This document shows positions 47,881 to 60,000 of a stretch of DNA of 60,000 nucleotides, in pieces. Where the stretch lies: assembly GCF_037042905.1 (NCBI RefSeq), contig NC_087250.1, positions 4,032,001 to 4,092,000 of the forward strand. The letters are read 5' to 3'. Origin of the DNA: Lytechinus pictus. Its lineage: Eukaryota. The notes below the pieces were generated by a model that was not told where the DNA came from, searched no databases, and worked only from the letters and a program-made list of their open reading frames with translations. Positions within the stretch are counted from its first letter, which is position 1, and each line of letters begins with the position of its first letter. Both the position numbers and the translations under genes were made by a program.

Positions 47881-48460
47881 TATACAATGACACCCGAGGA
47901 TCTGGCTAAAACTATTCGCATCGAAGGAACATCACATAGCACTATTCTCCCGAGGGCCATCGGCCCGAGGGAGAATAGTACTATGTGATGTTCCTGAGTG
48001 CAAATAGTTTTAGCCTGTTCCGAGAATGGGTCATTGTATATTTGTTTTATATCCCTTCCACTCATACCATTTTACAGCGAAACGATTTTAAATAAGTCGA
48101 TATAGAACAATCGTTGAGAAAATGATAGGTCTTGCCGTATGGATCGTCTGTTCAGCGAGCGCACCTGGCCCGGTACTTGGTTAGTGCAGCTCGCCGAAAG
48201 TTTCCCGTGGCATGCAGTGGAGAGTACCGTCTGGCTGAGCAGCGCTCTGCTCGCATCGCACCGCACAGCTCGCGAATCGCGAGGTAGGGGGGGGGGGTCA
48301 AAAAAACGTATAGTTCACTTTTTCCCTAGGGAAAAAACGGACTATGCGTGACGTCAGCAAGGAAAATGAACTATTTCATGGCAAACGTTTTTCGTAGTAA
48401 AACTATTCTTTTTCTCCTTGTGTACACTCTCAATACAACGATCTTAAGTAAGGGATATAA
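47881..48460. mobile_element. hairpin-terminated repeat of unassigned class
   Basis: 160-bp palindrome at 47881-48040 centred on CCGAGGGCCATCGGCCCGAGG, plus TTATATCCCTT / AAGGGATATAA inverted pair. Confidence 0.55.
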
Positions 48461-48557
48461 TAGCTTATATTATCGCATAATACAGGCCCACTACTATCAA
48501 ACATAAAGTTTAATGTATACCCAAAGTGACAAAAAAGCCAGATTGACAGTTGATTAA

Positions 48558-48961
48558 CCCTAAATAGACTGGGCTATTTCGACGCCTAAGAAGACGGGGG
48601 GGGGGGCTGATTCAGCCCCCCCCCCCTTATGATCTCAGCCGTCGATCGCGTGATCGCGACGAAAATTGGCACGCGCGTTACCCATGGCATTATCTACGAA
48701 ACAATAACATCAAATTCTGCGAAAAATCTCAATGCTCATTAATTATGCTAATTTATGTGTAAAATCATAAGTTTGCTCTAATTAAAAAAAATAATGCCCC
48801 TAAAATGCTAATTTTTGTTTCACATACTCTTTATAGGCATCTGATTAAATTTATTTTAAAAAAAATGTCAAAATCACATTTTTAATGTATTTTTATTGAG
48901 ATCATTCACCCCCCCCCCCCCCAGTCTCCTTAAGCGTCGAAATAGCCCAGTCTATTTAGGG
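48558..48961. mobile_element. piggyBac-like MITE
   Basis: TTAA-CCCTAAATAGACTGGGCTATTTCGACGC ... GCGTCGAAATAGCCCAGTCTATTTAGGG-TTAA. Confidence 0.88.
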
Positions 48962-50868
48962 TTAAGCCTAGGATTGTCAAAATCAACTCGTTACATATTA
49001 TTGAATTTGTTTGCTTCTCACTGAACAAAAAAAAAACTGACATGAATTGTGTAGAATGATCTTTTCAATTTGTGGGTTATTTCTACTTGTTGACATGGCG
49101 ACCAGACAGGTTCAAAGTCTCATACATTGAAATCGGCAGTATTCATACAGTTCAAGTTTAGCACACACATTTAACATGCAATTTATGTTGGGAAATGCGA
49201 ACATGACATAGAAGGTTCAAAGTCCTTAAAATATTAATGATAGACAGATACATGAATACCATGTAGAGACTCATCCAGTACAGGGGAAAGAGGAGGGGGG
49301 GGGGGTGTTCACAAAGATTTGTGACTTAGGGGGTGTTGCAAGAAAATATTTGCGATCAATTGAAAATGTTCTGTTCCAATTTTACAACTGATAGATCAAC
49401 GTTAGCTGTAGCAAATCAGATTAAACTTCTTGTTTCAAGGAGAAGATTAGCAATCAATTTCAATAATTTGCAATTAACTACAAGACATACGGTTGATTTA
49501 GGGACCAAAAATAGATTTGCAATTGATCGCAAGTTTCTTGCAACACCCCATAAGAGTTGCATTTAAATGCCTAGTTGCGTGCATTATTACAGGCATGGAG
49601 GCATTGGTCAGATCATGCTAAGAGGACGTGCACTATTGCGTAGTGATCAATAAGATTGCGCGTTGCATATCATGTACGTGTCAGCATTTAAGTGCGACAC
49701 TAGGTCATTCTTAAATCTTTGTCAAACATCCCCCTGGACTCGTCTGAGTTATATTGTAAAGTGTGTCATAGGGTTGTCTTGACTAAAGTCAAGCCACAAT
49801 GCAACTACGTAAATATTAAAGAAAATATTCCTACAAATATATTGATATATTTGCCTTTAGTGCAAAATACCAAAATCTATGATTTATTGCATAAATCAAT
49901 CAATTAAAACATGAAATAAAAGGCCTTTTGTAAATTTAGCAACACAACTTCATAGATTAAAATAATTCTTGACCCTTGTGCAAAATTTTGAGGCAATACC
50001 CCGACCTATAGCCGAGATTTCGGGGGGGGGGGGTCATAATGGCCCCTCCCCAGTAATAACAGCCTTTGAAATACCCTGGGACTACTAGGATTAAAGCACT
50101 AACCTTTAATACATTCTCAGTGACTGCATACAAAATACTACAGGCAAGAATAATATCCTCAATTTTGAATACCATTCCACGAGATGCAATTAAATGTATT
50201 TAAAATCACAAACATTATCATATAAAACACATTTATTCTATATCAACACTGTTTTACGGCATATTCAGTCATATAATCCAGTAATGAATTGGAATCGCAA
50301 TATCTACTACTTTTTTTAAGGGGGGGGGGGTAATAAAACAGTATATGGGCTTATCACATTGGACTTTAATTTGCCTTCAAAAACATATTTCATCGAGATA
50401 TCTCTCTCTGAAGATGGGTTTTGGTTACTGGATGCACTCTATGTGTTGAATAACTAAAAAGGAGACGGAATAAATTTATAGGGGAAGGGGGGTAACAAAA
50501 CAGTATCACGTTGGAGTTTAATTTGCATTCAAAACATATTTCATTGAGATATCTCTCTCTGAAGATGGGTTTTCGTTACAGGATGCACTATATATGTGAT
50601 TTCAAGTTCGGTGTTGACCTTTTGGTGCTGGTGTTAGGTCAATTTTTACACGATTATAACACCAAACATAAAATGAAGATGGTCCAGAAAAGTCACTCAC
50701 TAGTCGTTGAGATGTCAATAATATGACCTGGATCAGTTTTACAAACTCTGGTAAGTTTTGGAGCAAGGGGAAGCAATCAAAATTTCAACACCAACACCAA
50801 TACCAAGGCCAACACCGGACTTGAAATTACCCTATGTGTTGAATAACTAAAAAGGAGACAGAATAAAT

Positions 50869-50955
50869 CTATTTGCCCGGTTCCACCTCTGCTATGAAAG
50901 CTCGTACACATCGATCACATTGCTCAAACATCCTTTCAAAGGCCTCCTTGTCATA
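50869..50955 (-). CDS. ACP1: ACP1 exon 5
   Basis: YDKEAFERMFEQCDRCVRAFIAEVEPGK*. Confidence 0.9.
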   Translation of the reverse strand, partial: YDKEAFERMFEQCDRCVRAFIAEVEPGK

Positions 50956-53900
50956 CTGTATATAATAAACCAAAAAAAGGAAAAAAATTGAGAGAATAAA
51001 AATGAACACAATATTCTCAGATGCAATTATCTCGAGAACCAAATAAGAAAATATTATCATCATGGATAAGAGTTGTTTATATTATTATTATTTAACTTTA
51101 TATATTTATATACACATGAAGAAATATCCCCCCGGCTATTACATATGAAATTAACATAGCAAAAGGTTGCACATGTGGACATGACTATTCATATAATAAA
51201 TCAAACACTAAAATTAAAAGGAAACAAACGGCAAAATGTTGCACATGTGGACATGACTATTCATATAATGAATCAAACACTAAAATTAAAAGGAAACAAA
51301 CAGCAAAATGTTGCACATGTGGACATGACTATTCATAAAATAAATCAAACACTGAAATCAAAAGGCACTAGGCCTATAAACCCTAAAAGGACTGGGGGGC
51401 ATGATGGCCCCCCCCCCCTCTCGACGCTTCATACGATATTTCCCGAAACGCAAAAAGATAGCGCCACAAAATTTTATGACTTTTTTCTTTAAAGTCTCGC
51501 GCAACTTTTAAGTTCAAATTCGTGACATACGGGTATACTATCGCGATGTCACATGACTTTTTACGAGGCAATGTCATGTCGAAAATGGCTCATTTTTATA
51601 CTTTGTGTACAAAATCTATGGGAGATGAAATTCATAAAAGGGTGATTATTTTTCATTCTAATTGGTATGCTAAATTAATTTAGGGTTTACTATAGTTGTT
51701 AAATGGTCTGTAATAATTTCCATTGAAAAAAATAAAAACAAAAGATAAAAAAAACAAGGAAATACATAAGAAATTCTAAAAACAAAGAAATACATAAGGA
51801 AAAAATTGGCTTTTGCAATTTTTCTTTGTGGAAACCATTAAATTAGATGACATCTGCAAAAAAGAAAAGAAAATTTGAAGTGAAATAGGGTGTAAAATAT
51901 GCAAATAATGTTTTTCATGAATAAATTTGCATATTTTTTTCAAAATAATTAAAAAATAATTATTTACAATTTTTTTTATACTAGCTTGTAGTTAATGTGG
52001 TAAAGAATGCCAAATTTCGGCGCGATCGCGCGAACGGCGGCCATGAAGGCCCCCAATCCCCGTCCTCAATACATCTCAAATAGCCCAGTCCTTTTAGGAT
52101 TAAGGTATTTTGGATAAGTGGTTCATGTCTCTCGACCTTGAACCACAACCCCACAAGGGGTTAAAATTCCACTGTTGCATTCGCATCATTTAGCAATGCG
52201 TCTATCTACATTTTACAACTCTCCATCCAGGGGTAGTATATTTCATTTCATTTCATTTCATTTATTTCACATTAAAAACCAATACACACAATTACAAAAG
52301 ACAGAAAAGGAAATTACTCCATGTATATATAAAAGTAATCCAGTAGGAAGGAATTTCCTTGAATGTTCGAGCAAACGATCATGATAGCCGTGCTTAATTC
52401 GGGGAAATAGTATGTAGCTTTATAGTTCTAAGGCTTGAGGACTATATAATTTTAGCATATCATTATTATTATTATTATCATCATCATCATCATTTCTGGT
52501 AGATATTATAAATACTCACAAAGTAGGGGTTTTCTACAATCTTAATCCCATTTTCTCCCCATATATTCCTATCACCATCATCATCATAACAGTCATCATT
52601 TCTGGTAGATATTTCAAATACTCACAAAGTAGGGGTTTTCTACAATCTTAATCCATTTTTTTCTTCTTCATATTTTCCTATAATTAAAATCATCATCATC
52701 ATCATTTCTGATATTGAAAATACTCACATAGTAAGGGTCTTCGACAATCTCATTCCCATTCTTTCCATATTTTCCCATCAGGAGAACCTCTGCTGTGCTA
52801 TCCTTAGGCTTGACCCTGTTGATATTGCTACAATGATAGATAAAACAAATAATGTTACAATGAGAGATAAAACATAATTTTAATTTATTTTATTTATAAT
52901 ATGTTTTCTTCTGCATTCATGTCATTCTTACAATACATTTTTCCTAACAAATAACAAACATAATACAAACATAATGAATTGATTACTGTTGTTAGCATGA
53001 ATCATACATGAATTGTACTAAAACTATAATTCCAAACAAAAATGATCTCCTACCAAATTATTTACAATTTTGAGGAGGATATATTTTAAGGTGATTGCCT
53101 AAACAATGGTAGTTCTGGAGTAAAATTCATTAAATTGATTGATACAGTTATAAAACAGAATCTGTTAGTGCAACAATAATAATAATGATAACAGCAATAA
53201 TAATAATTATAACAATAAAAACAATAACAATAATAATAATAATACAGTAATTGGTAACCAGCATTTAATACTCTCTTCATAGTCCACTTAATCACATCAT
53301 TTACTAACAATAAATATTGGCATTCATTTTAATTTAATTTTCTGGAGATTCCATATTATATTTCCCTTGTCAAGACTCAGGCATTATAAGAATTTGGGAA
53401 ATATATATGGCCAGTCAATAGCCAGTTTATAATATGCACAAAATATGATTATTGCCAATTTGACGAGTGTAAGCAGATTAATTTATACCGACAAAATGCT
53501 AACCAGCCATTTAAAAATTTATTGATACTAATTAATACAGTTTTAGTATCATAGTTTTGTTTTGTCCAGTGTTTGTTCGGCTTTTTGTTGTCTCATTTTT
53601 AGTGTAACTTCTATATAATTATGTTATTTCAATTTCTACCATTATTTTTTAGTTGGTCTTTGTAAGGTTTATCCTTTATTTATCGTCTATTCATGTATAT
53701 TGCATATATTTATACATTTCTTGATTGCTTTTTATGAACGAAAAATAAATACAAATTTAATATTATCCCCAAAGTTTTTATTGCTTGATTTGCTTCATGA
53801 ATAAATGCACGCTTACCTCATATTGCTTTCATCAAAGCCAAAGATGTAGTAGAAGTCTTTGAAGTCCTGTTTGGTTATCTGAAATAAAGAAGGTGATATC

Positions 53901-56900
53901 ATAATAAAGGGCAAATTCTACTCACAACCGATATTGCCTTCCTAGAGGTGCATGTAGGACCAATCAATGTCTTTATCAGGTGGCCCATTTCATGGTAATA
54001 TCCATTTATATAGCAAAAAAAAACTATTTCTATTCAATTTCGCTGCAAGAGCTTCCCAGATGCTGTACATACTATTGCAATAGATAGGTTGTTTATTTTA
54101 ATTTGAAATTAAGTAAAGTTGTTGAATTCCTAACGTCGAAGGGAAGTGCATAGTTGATATAAGAAATGACCTATCTCCTAGTGTTGCTTTAGTCTTGTGT
54201 GGGGGTACCTGCAATGTGAGTGTATCTTGTGAGCTCAAAGGTGATGGTCATGTGATCTGGACTTTAATTTCAAGAGATCTGAGAACTTGGGGCCTGACCA
54301 TTGAGACCTTTAAAGACTATAATTAGGATCTTAAATGTGATTCTTTTCCAGACAGGTAGCCCGTGTAATTCTCTCAATAATGGGGTGACTAGAGAGAATT
54401 TGGGAAGACGAAATATTGAAACTCGTTATCATTCGAATAACATTCCTAAGCTCTATTGATAAACAAGTGAAGCACCTCTGGCAGTCTCGCCTGCATTACC
54501 CGATTCATTATAGCAGCAGTGCTGACTTTGAAAACCACTAAAATTATTCACAAAAACACCATTCATATAACGATATAATACTATGTTCATTGACCCTAAA
54601 TGATATTTGACCTTGATCATGTGACCTGAGACTTGTGACACTTAATTACCCCTATGTCCACATTCTATATCCATAAATTTTTAAAGTTATGTGACCTGAA
54701 ACTCAGGCAGGATGTTCAGTACTACTTGATTTTAAAACCTTATGTCCAAGTTTCATGAACTAGGTCAATACTTTCTTAGGTATTTTTTTGTTTTTATGTT
54801 TCTAAGTTATGATGTCATTTCAAGATTAAGAATTCAATGTTGACGCTGCCGCCGTCAGAAAAGCAGCGCCTAGAGTCTCACTCTGCTATGCAGGCGAGAC
54901 AATTTTTTTACAATAACATATTTCTAACATTCTTAAGCTACTGAAATCATTCCTTTTGATTTGCTGATAGTGAAATTGTGCAAAATGGGACCTTGATCTA
55001 GCGAAGTATAAAAGCCTCTATGCTGCACCCACCCCCCCCCCCCAAAAAAAAAAAAATTATGAAAATTTGATGAGCATAACTTTCAAGATAGGATCGTAAT
55101 CGTAACTTATGACCAGCATTGTGGCGTGCGCCTGTAATTCAAGCTATGTGGGGAAGTTACAAATTGATGCAGAGGTTCGAGCCCTGGTCACGTCTTTCGG
55201 ATGGTGACGTTAAAGGTCGGTCCCAGGCGTAAATAATCTGATTGATACACGTCTGTCAAAACTCCAATACACACACACCCACAAAGACCAAGATACAAAA
55301 CAGTTATTTTAATTCTGATCTTGCAAACCTGTCAAATATGTCTGAATGAATGAATAAACGATTGAATGAATGAATGAATGAATAGATGGATGGATGAATG
55401 AACAGATGGATGGATGGACAGACAGACGGATGGATAAATGAATTAGTTAATGGATAAATGAATGAATGAACGAATGATTGATTGAATGAAGTAAATAAAT
55501 TAATTAATTCATCAATACATGAATGGATGACTGAATGAATGGAGAGTCGATGAATGAATGAATAAATCAATGGATGAATGGATGGAAGAATGAATGAATG
55601 AAGTAAACAAATTAATGAATTAATTAATACATGAATAAGTGAATAAATAGACAAATAAATGAATGAATTAATAAACTAATAAACAAATTACCTGTCTAGC
55701 AATATGTTTGCTTTGTATATTCATATTTTTTTTCAAAGTTTCATTTGTCCTAGGGTCCGGCTCGTCTCCTATTTGATATGTTGAGGTCGCTGCACTGTCG
55801 ATCTTCCAATCCGATGCAAAACCCTTCTCCTCTGCAAGCTTTCTAAAGATAGCCTCACCGGTCACAGATCGGCAAATGTTACCTGGTAAAGACAAAATTA
55901 ATCCATGGGAAATTAGTGTAGGGTGTAAAACTAAAAACCTACTTGACGAGAATAAAATAATCAGTTTTAAAACAACAGCATAACTCAGGAACTAAACAGC
56001 AAACATAACAGATCAAGAACAGAAGACAGAGAATAACTAAACGAAGAGACTGGATCTGTAATATCGTACCTGTGTCTGTGCATTTGTTGTTGGTACAGTA
56101 ACATAACATTATTTAAAGCTAACTAATGAAATTCAAGAAAATAGAAGAACCCAACTGAAATGTAATAATCCAATTCATAATATAAACCAATGAGGAATAA
56201 GATGACGGTGATAAAAGATGTCTGGGTGATTATGTATTAATGGCATTAGAAACTAAGGAGTCAGGTGAGGGATGGAATAGAGAAGGAATGAAAGAGAATC
56301 AGAGGAAAAGAATCCAATGTAGAGAAGGATGAATGAAAACTTAATATAATTAAACTCTAAACCTAAGTTCAGACTGCAAGGGCAGTGCTGAAAAGAAATG
56401 AGATTGAACTAAAGTCTAGACGGAACAGAAATGTAAAACAGCTGAAGAAAGCACAAGTTAAAGAAAATGAACAAAATAGGAAAATGGCAAAATAACCATC
56501 CTACATTAGCTTCCCTTCTACCTATTATGAGCTACAAGACGTGTATAGAGGGCGACAACATCATGAGCAGCGCTAGATAAAAAAATACTTGCATCGGCCG
56601 ATATATTTCATGAATCTTAGTTCTTACCCCAATGCTATTTCCCGCTTCAACTGGTCTAGCGTGCAGGATATTTTAGCATCGAGGTGAGATTCATGATATT
56701 TATCTGCCGATGCAAGTATTTAAAAAATCTAAGTTAGCACTGCTCATGATATTATCGCCCTCTCTATACGCGTCTTGTATGTTTTGTAGCTAGGGCCTAG
56801 ACTAGGCTACGATAACAGAGACAACAAAATGGCGACAATAAGTCTGTGAGCATCGTGAGTAAATGCTCCTCTACTTTTATATTTTCAATAATTTTATGTT

Positions 56901-58300
56901 TAATATCATTAAAAAATATGACTCTTTAGTGCCACAAAGGGTCCAAATAGTATTGCAGCCCATTTACTTAGATCTACATCCTACATAAGTTTGACTGAGC
57001 TCAAAACCCTAAAAAAACATGTATTTTGGAGCAACTTTATTGTTGCAAAAATATTTGGTGCGTGTAGTGCAATGGCATCCCGTCACTGGCTCTGTGGAGA
57101 TTAAACACGTCACCGATATGACATTAATCTCCAGGAGCCTCCCGAGTCCTGGCTAGCTGTGCCTGTGTACGTGTGAGCGGAGCCGGAGGAAGATCGAAGA
57201 CACTTATTCTATGAACAAGGTTAGTTTACTCCCTGTGTGGTGAAATAAGGTTGGACATGTTTGGCTTATTTTCTCTTTTTCTTTGGGACGAATGCTTGAT
57301 TTATTTTACACTGTCAGTTTCCATTACAGCTATTCATCATATAACTTGACTCTTAAGTAAATTTGATTCTTTAAATTATTTTTTTCTTAATTAAAAATAG
57401 AGATAGAAAAATTTCAATTGTCTTGCCATATTACTTTCCACCAATAGAGGGCGTACACAAAAATATGCCCAAAATTCAAGCTTTCGAGCGCTCTGGTGAA
57501 TACAAAAATTACTCCCAAGTTACTAATAAAAAATAAATTGCAAATGTATGGATATAAGTATTTGTGCTGTGTACATCATTGGCATCTTAGCTGTAGATTT
57601 CGACAGGCAGGATGATAATGAACCCGGGGGGGGGGGGGCACTCAGTATATAATGCATAGTGGGTATGTGCTGCGGAGGGGACCCCCATTTAGGCATTTTT
57701 ACACTCAAATTTCCGTTCCAAGGCATAGCATTTTTGTCTTGAGAAAAAGAGCAAAGAAAGCCGCTCCAAAGCATAGCATTTTCTTCATATATCGAGAAAA
57801 AAGAAGAAAGAAATCCACTCCAAAGCTTCACATATTTTCCGTTACGCCGTTCCGGCCGCATTGATCTGCTACAATGAGCCGCAATTTTGGTGAAAAGCGT
57901 CCGCAGAGCGCTGTCCGTCCATCGCCTCTGTTCCGAAGTCTGTTATTTCCGATGACCCTCTTTCTTACAATAAGCCCGCTCCAAGGCCCCCGTTTTTGTC
58001 TCGCCCGTGGCACATACCTACTACTTTTTTTGGTCGAGTACCCCCCCCCCCCGGGTAATGAACCCTTGTCTTGACTTGAGTGGATCGAAGAATAAGAACA
58101 AGAACCGCCAGACTGACAAAAAAAAAGGTTAGTGGGACTGAGTATGAACTACCAGGTACTGATGAATGCATTCTGACAACTTTGTCCCAACTAGAAGCAC
58201 CCCTTCACATCTAGTTTTCCAGAAGTCATATCTATTATCGTACTACTTAGGACTCACCAAGGCAAACGAATAAAACGGATTTATTTCCTGCGACAGCCAT
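50869..58300 (-). CDS. ACP1: low molecular weight phosphotyrosine protein phosphatase (160 aa, 5 exons)
   Basis: Exons 58258-58300, 55692-55882, 53817-53878, 52728-52827, 50869-50955 (483 nt). Has KSVLFVCLGNICRS P-loop, IDSAAT, HIARQ, DESN and DPYY motifs; phases 1,0,2,0. Confidence 0.96.
51159..51363. repeat. 72-bp tandem repeat, about 3 copies
   Basis: GCAAAAKGTTGCACATGTGGACATGACTATTCATA starting at 51159, 51231 and 51303. Confidence 0.9.
51381..52099. mobile_element. piggyBac-like MITE (degenerate ends)
   Basis: CCCTAAAAGGACTGGG ... CCCAGTCCTTTTAGGA-TTAA. Confidence 0.7.
52728..52827 (-). CDS. ACP1: ACP1 exon 4
   Basis: NINRVKPKDSTAEVLLMGKYGKNGNEIVEDPYY|gtgagt. Confidence 0.93.
53817..53878 (-). 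CDS. ACP1: ACP1 exon 3
   Basis: ITKQDFKDFYYIFGFDESNM. Confidence 0.93.
55111..55283 (+). mobile_element. SINE with 7SL-like head, B-box, V-domain-like core and (CA)n tail
   Basis: GACCAGCATTGTGGCGTGCGCCTGTAATTCAAGCTA..., GGTTCGAGCC, TTTCGGATGGTGACGTTAAA, TACACACACAC. Confidence 0.6.
55343..55670. repeat. degenerate (GAAT/GGAT)n microsatellite
   Basis: TGAA/TGGA tetramer runs adjacent to the ACP1 exon 2 donor. Confidence 0.9.
55692..55882 (-). CDS. ACP1: ACP1 exon 2
   Basis: GNICRSVTGEAIF...IDSAATSTYQIGDEPDPR...HIARQ. Confidence 0.96.
56533..56779. repeat. ~250-bp palindromic MITE-like element
   Basis: TACAAGACGTGTATAGAGAGGGCGA ... TCGCCCTCTCTATACGCGTCTTGTA. Confidence 0.8.
57623..58055. 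mobile_element. MITE with CCCGGG(G)n termini
   Basis: CCCGGGGG...GCACTC / GAGTACCCC...CCGGG; flanking direct repeat TAATGAA. Confidence 0.8.
58258..58300 (-). CDS. ACP1: ACP1 exon 1
   Basis: MAVAGNKSVLFVCL G|gtgagt. Confidence 0.93.
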
Positions 58301-60000
58301 TTCAAAGACTCCTTTTCCGAGCAAGAATCAAACGAAAGAGAAATTATTGGAATAGCGTAGCCTATGGTGTCTTTAAGCTTCCAAAGGAAAAATGAAAAGC
58401 GAAAAGAATCTTTAATCTGAACTGCACGCGGATTGAACAAGCCTTGTAGATATAAAGTTCTGCATGCATCTTTTGTTACTCACTCTCCGGGGGCGGTGGC
58501 TCAATTTTTGCCAGTCGTTTGTATTGCTCTCAATTTTACATGTTTGTTGTCATATTTTTTCTCGGTATTTTCCCCTTTGTTTTCATTTTTCTTATTCCAA
58601 TTTGTTTTTTATTGGCACAATTAATATAGGCCCTATGATAATTTATATTACTTCAATGTCCAAGGTGGAACCGTCAAGAAAATAATTGTTATTGATCGAG
58701 TATTGACAGAAAGTAAAAATACAGATTACAGGCAAAAAAATCTTTGTTTTGTTCTAAGTCAGCAGAAAACAAATAAAAAAATCACGGTGGGTTGAGAATG
58801 GATAATATCCTTTCTCCGGTGAACACCTTCGAGATTGGCCGTGGCAACATTCATGTACATGCAAGCCTAAAGTTAAAGTTGACATTCCCCGATCCCATCA
58901 GGGCCTTGGGAACGAGGGTGTGCTGGCTTAATTTTCACAAGCAAAAAAAAAAAGTTTTCATTACAAAATGAAGCTCATTTGGTCACGAGACTTGACAAGC
59001 GCATTAAAAAAAAATGGGTTCACTACAAAATGTAGGTTATTTGGTTACCTAAAAGATTTCCAGAGCTCCCTAGACCATCGCGGTGATGGCCAACGATTTT
59101 GTTTTTCTTTTGTTATTTATCGTCATGCCCTTGGGGAAAGAATGGAGAAGTATGAATGAAATGAAACATTAAAAGAGTTGTCTAAAAATTTACTTTTGTT
59201 TACATTGATTTTGTTTCATTTTATGTGTATGTCCAGCTGGCACAAACAACCTGGGTTGAAATGTTCATATTGGTAGCAATGTTGTTATGGAAAGTTAAAA
59301 TGTATCTTTTTATTGACATCTAGCAAAAATGTTAGAAATGTACAGTATGATCAAGTCACTTTTCGCCCTTTTCCACTGACACAACGTGAAAATCAGCATT
59401 TTGAGCATATCGATAACCAAAATGGACAGTACTCACTCAAGCGTAATAGTCTGTTAAAATTAATCATACTTTCTTCTCATAGATGAGACCAAAGCCCAAT
59501 AATGTATTTCCAAGACGTTTTCCAAGCTTGAGCTTTTTATTGATATGCACTGTACAACTCGGGTTATGAGGCCTATCCTGATTATAAGAAATCTTCCATG
59601 TAGTCCAACCACGTGTCAAGAAATAATAATTGATTTCGACAACTTGAAAATAATTGGTACTAATAAATAATATTCTGTGAAATATTTTTCTCTTGGTAAA
59701 TGAAGAGATATCAGATTTATATGGGCCTCGTATAGTCTGAAAGCTGATAATAAAAGACAAAAGGGCGTCAGTTTTTCATAATTTGGGGACTGTGACCTAA
59801 TTAGGAGACTGGTTGGAGCTTCTCGTTCCCTTTCAGTATTTTAAATTCTGACGTATTTCCCCCATTAATGCCCCCGTTTCCTCCATATGGTTTTATTTTG
59901 TTTTGGGTACATTCACTTTTACAGTGGCGGCGGCGTATTTCCTTTTTTTTTTTTTTTTTTTGAGGGGGCCGGAAGCCAAAAATAAAGGCTTTTATATCAA

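Noticed and set aside
55111..55200. Possible genuine 7SL RNA or tRNA gene
   Set aside because: 7SL similarity stops after about 45 nt with no S domain, there is no proper cloverleaf, and a SINE-like core and CA tail follow.
55304..55654. 116-aa SFIH-repeat ORF and other low-complexity ORFs (poly-I, poly-T, poly-F)
   Set aside because: Microsatellite or homopolymer translations.

Overview
AT-rich, repeat-dense animal genomic DNA. A sea urchin/echinoderm-like source is inferred from the repeat and gene types, not proven. Four protein-coding genes were reconstructed by reading splice sites and checking intron phases. (1) An RFX4-like transcription factor on the minus strand, with 9 exons between 705 and about 39500, continuing past the left edge. 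(2) A 7-exon, 515-aa secreted protein gene on the plus strand (5203-17154): signal peptide, EGF, divergent F5/8 type C, possible FAMeT-like domain and Gly/Asp tail. It is nested antisense inside a 19-kb RFX4 intron and is largely missed by the ORF track. (3) A RING-less B-box/coiled-coil/NHL-like TRIM-type gene with an uninterrupted ORF (40719-42539, +). (4) A complete 5-exon low-molecular-weight phosphotyrosine phosphatase, ACP1 (58300-50869, -). Introns and intergenic DNA hold many non-autonomous DNA transposons with readable TIRs and TSDs, including a triple-nested insertion. They also hold SINEs, a 4-kb 44-bp minisatellite, a candidate Penelope-type minimal hammerhead ribozyme and a SINE whose head looks 7SL-derived.
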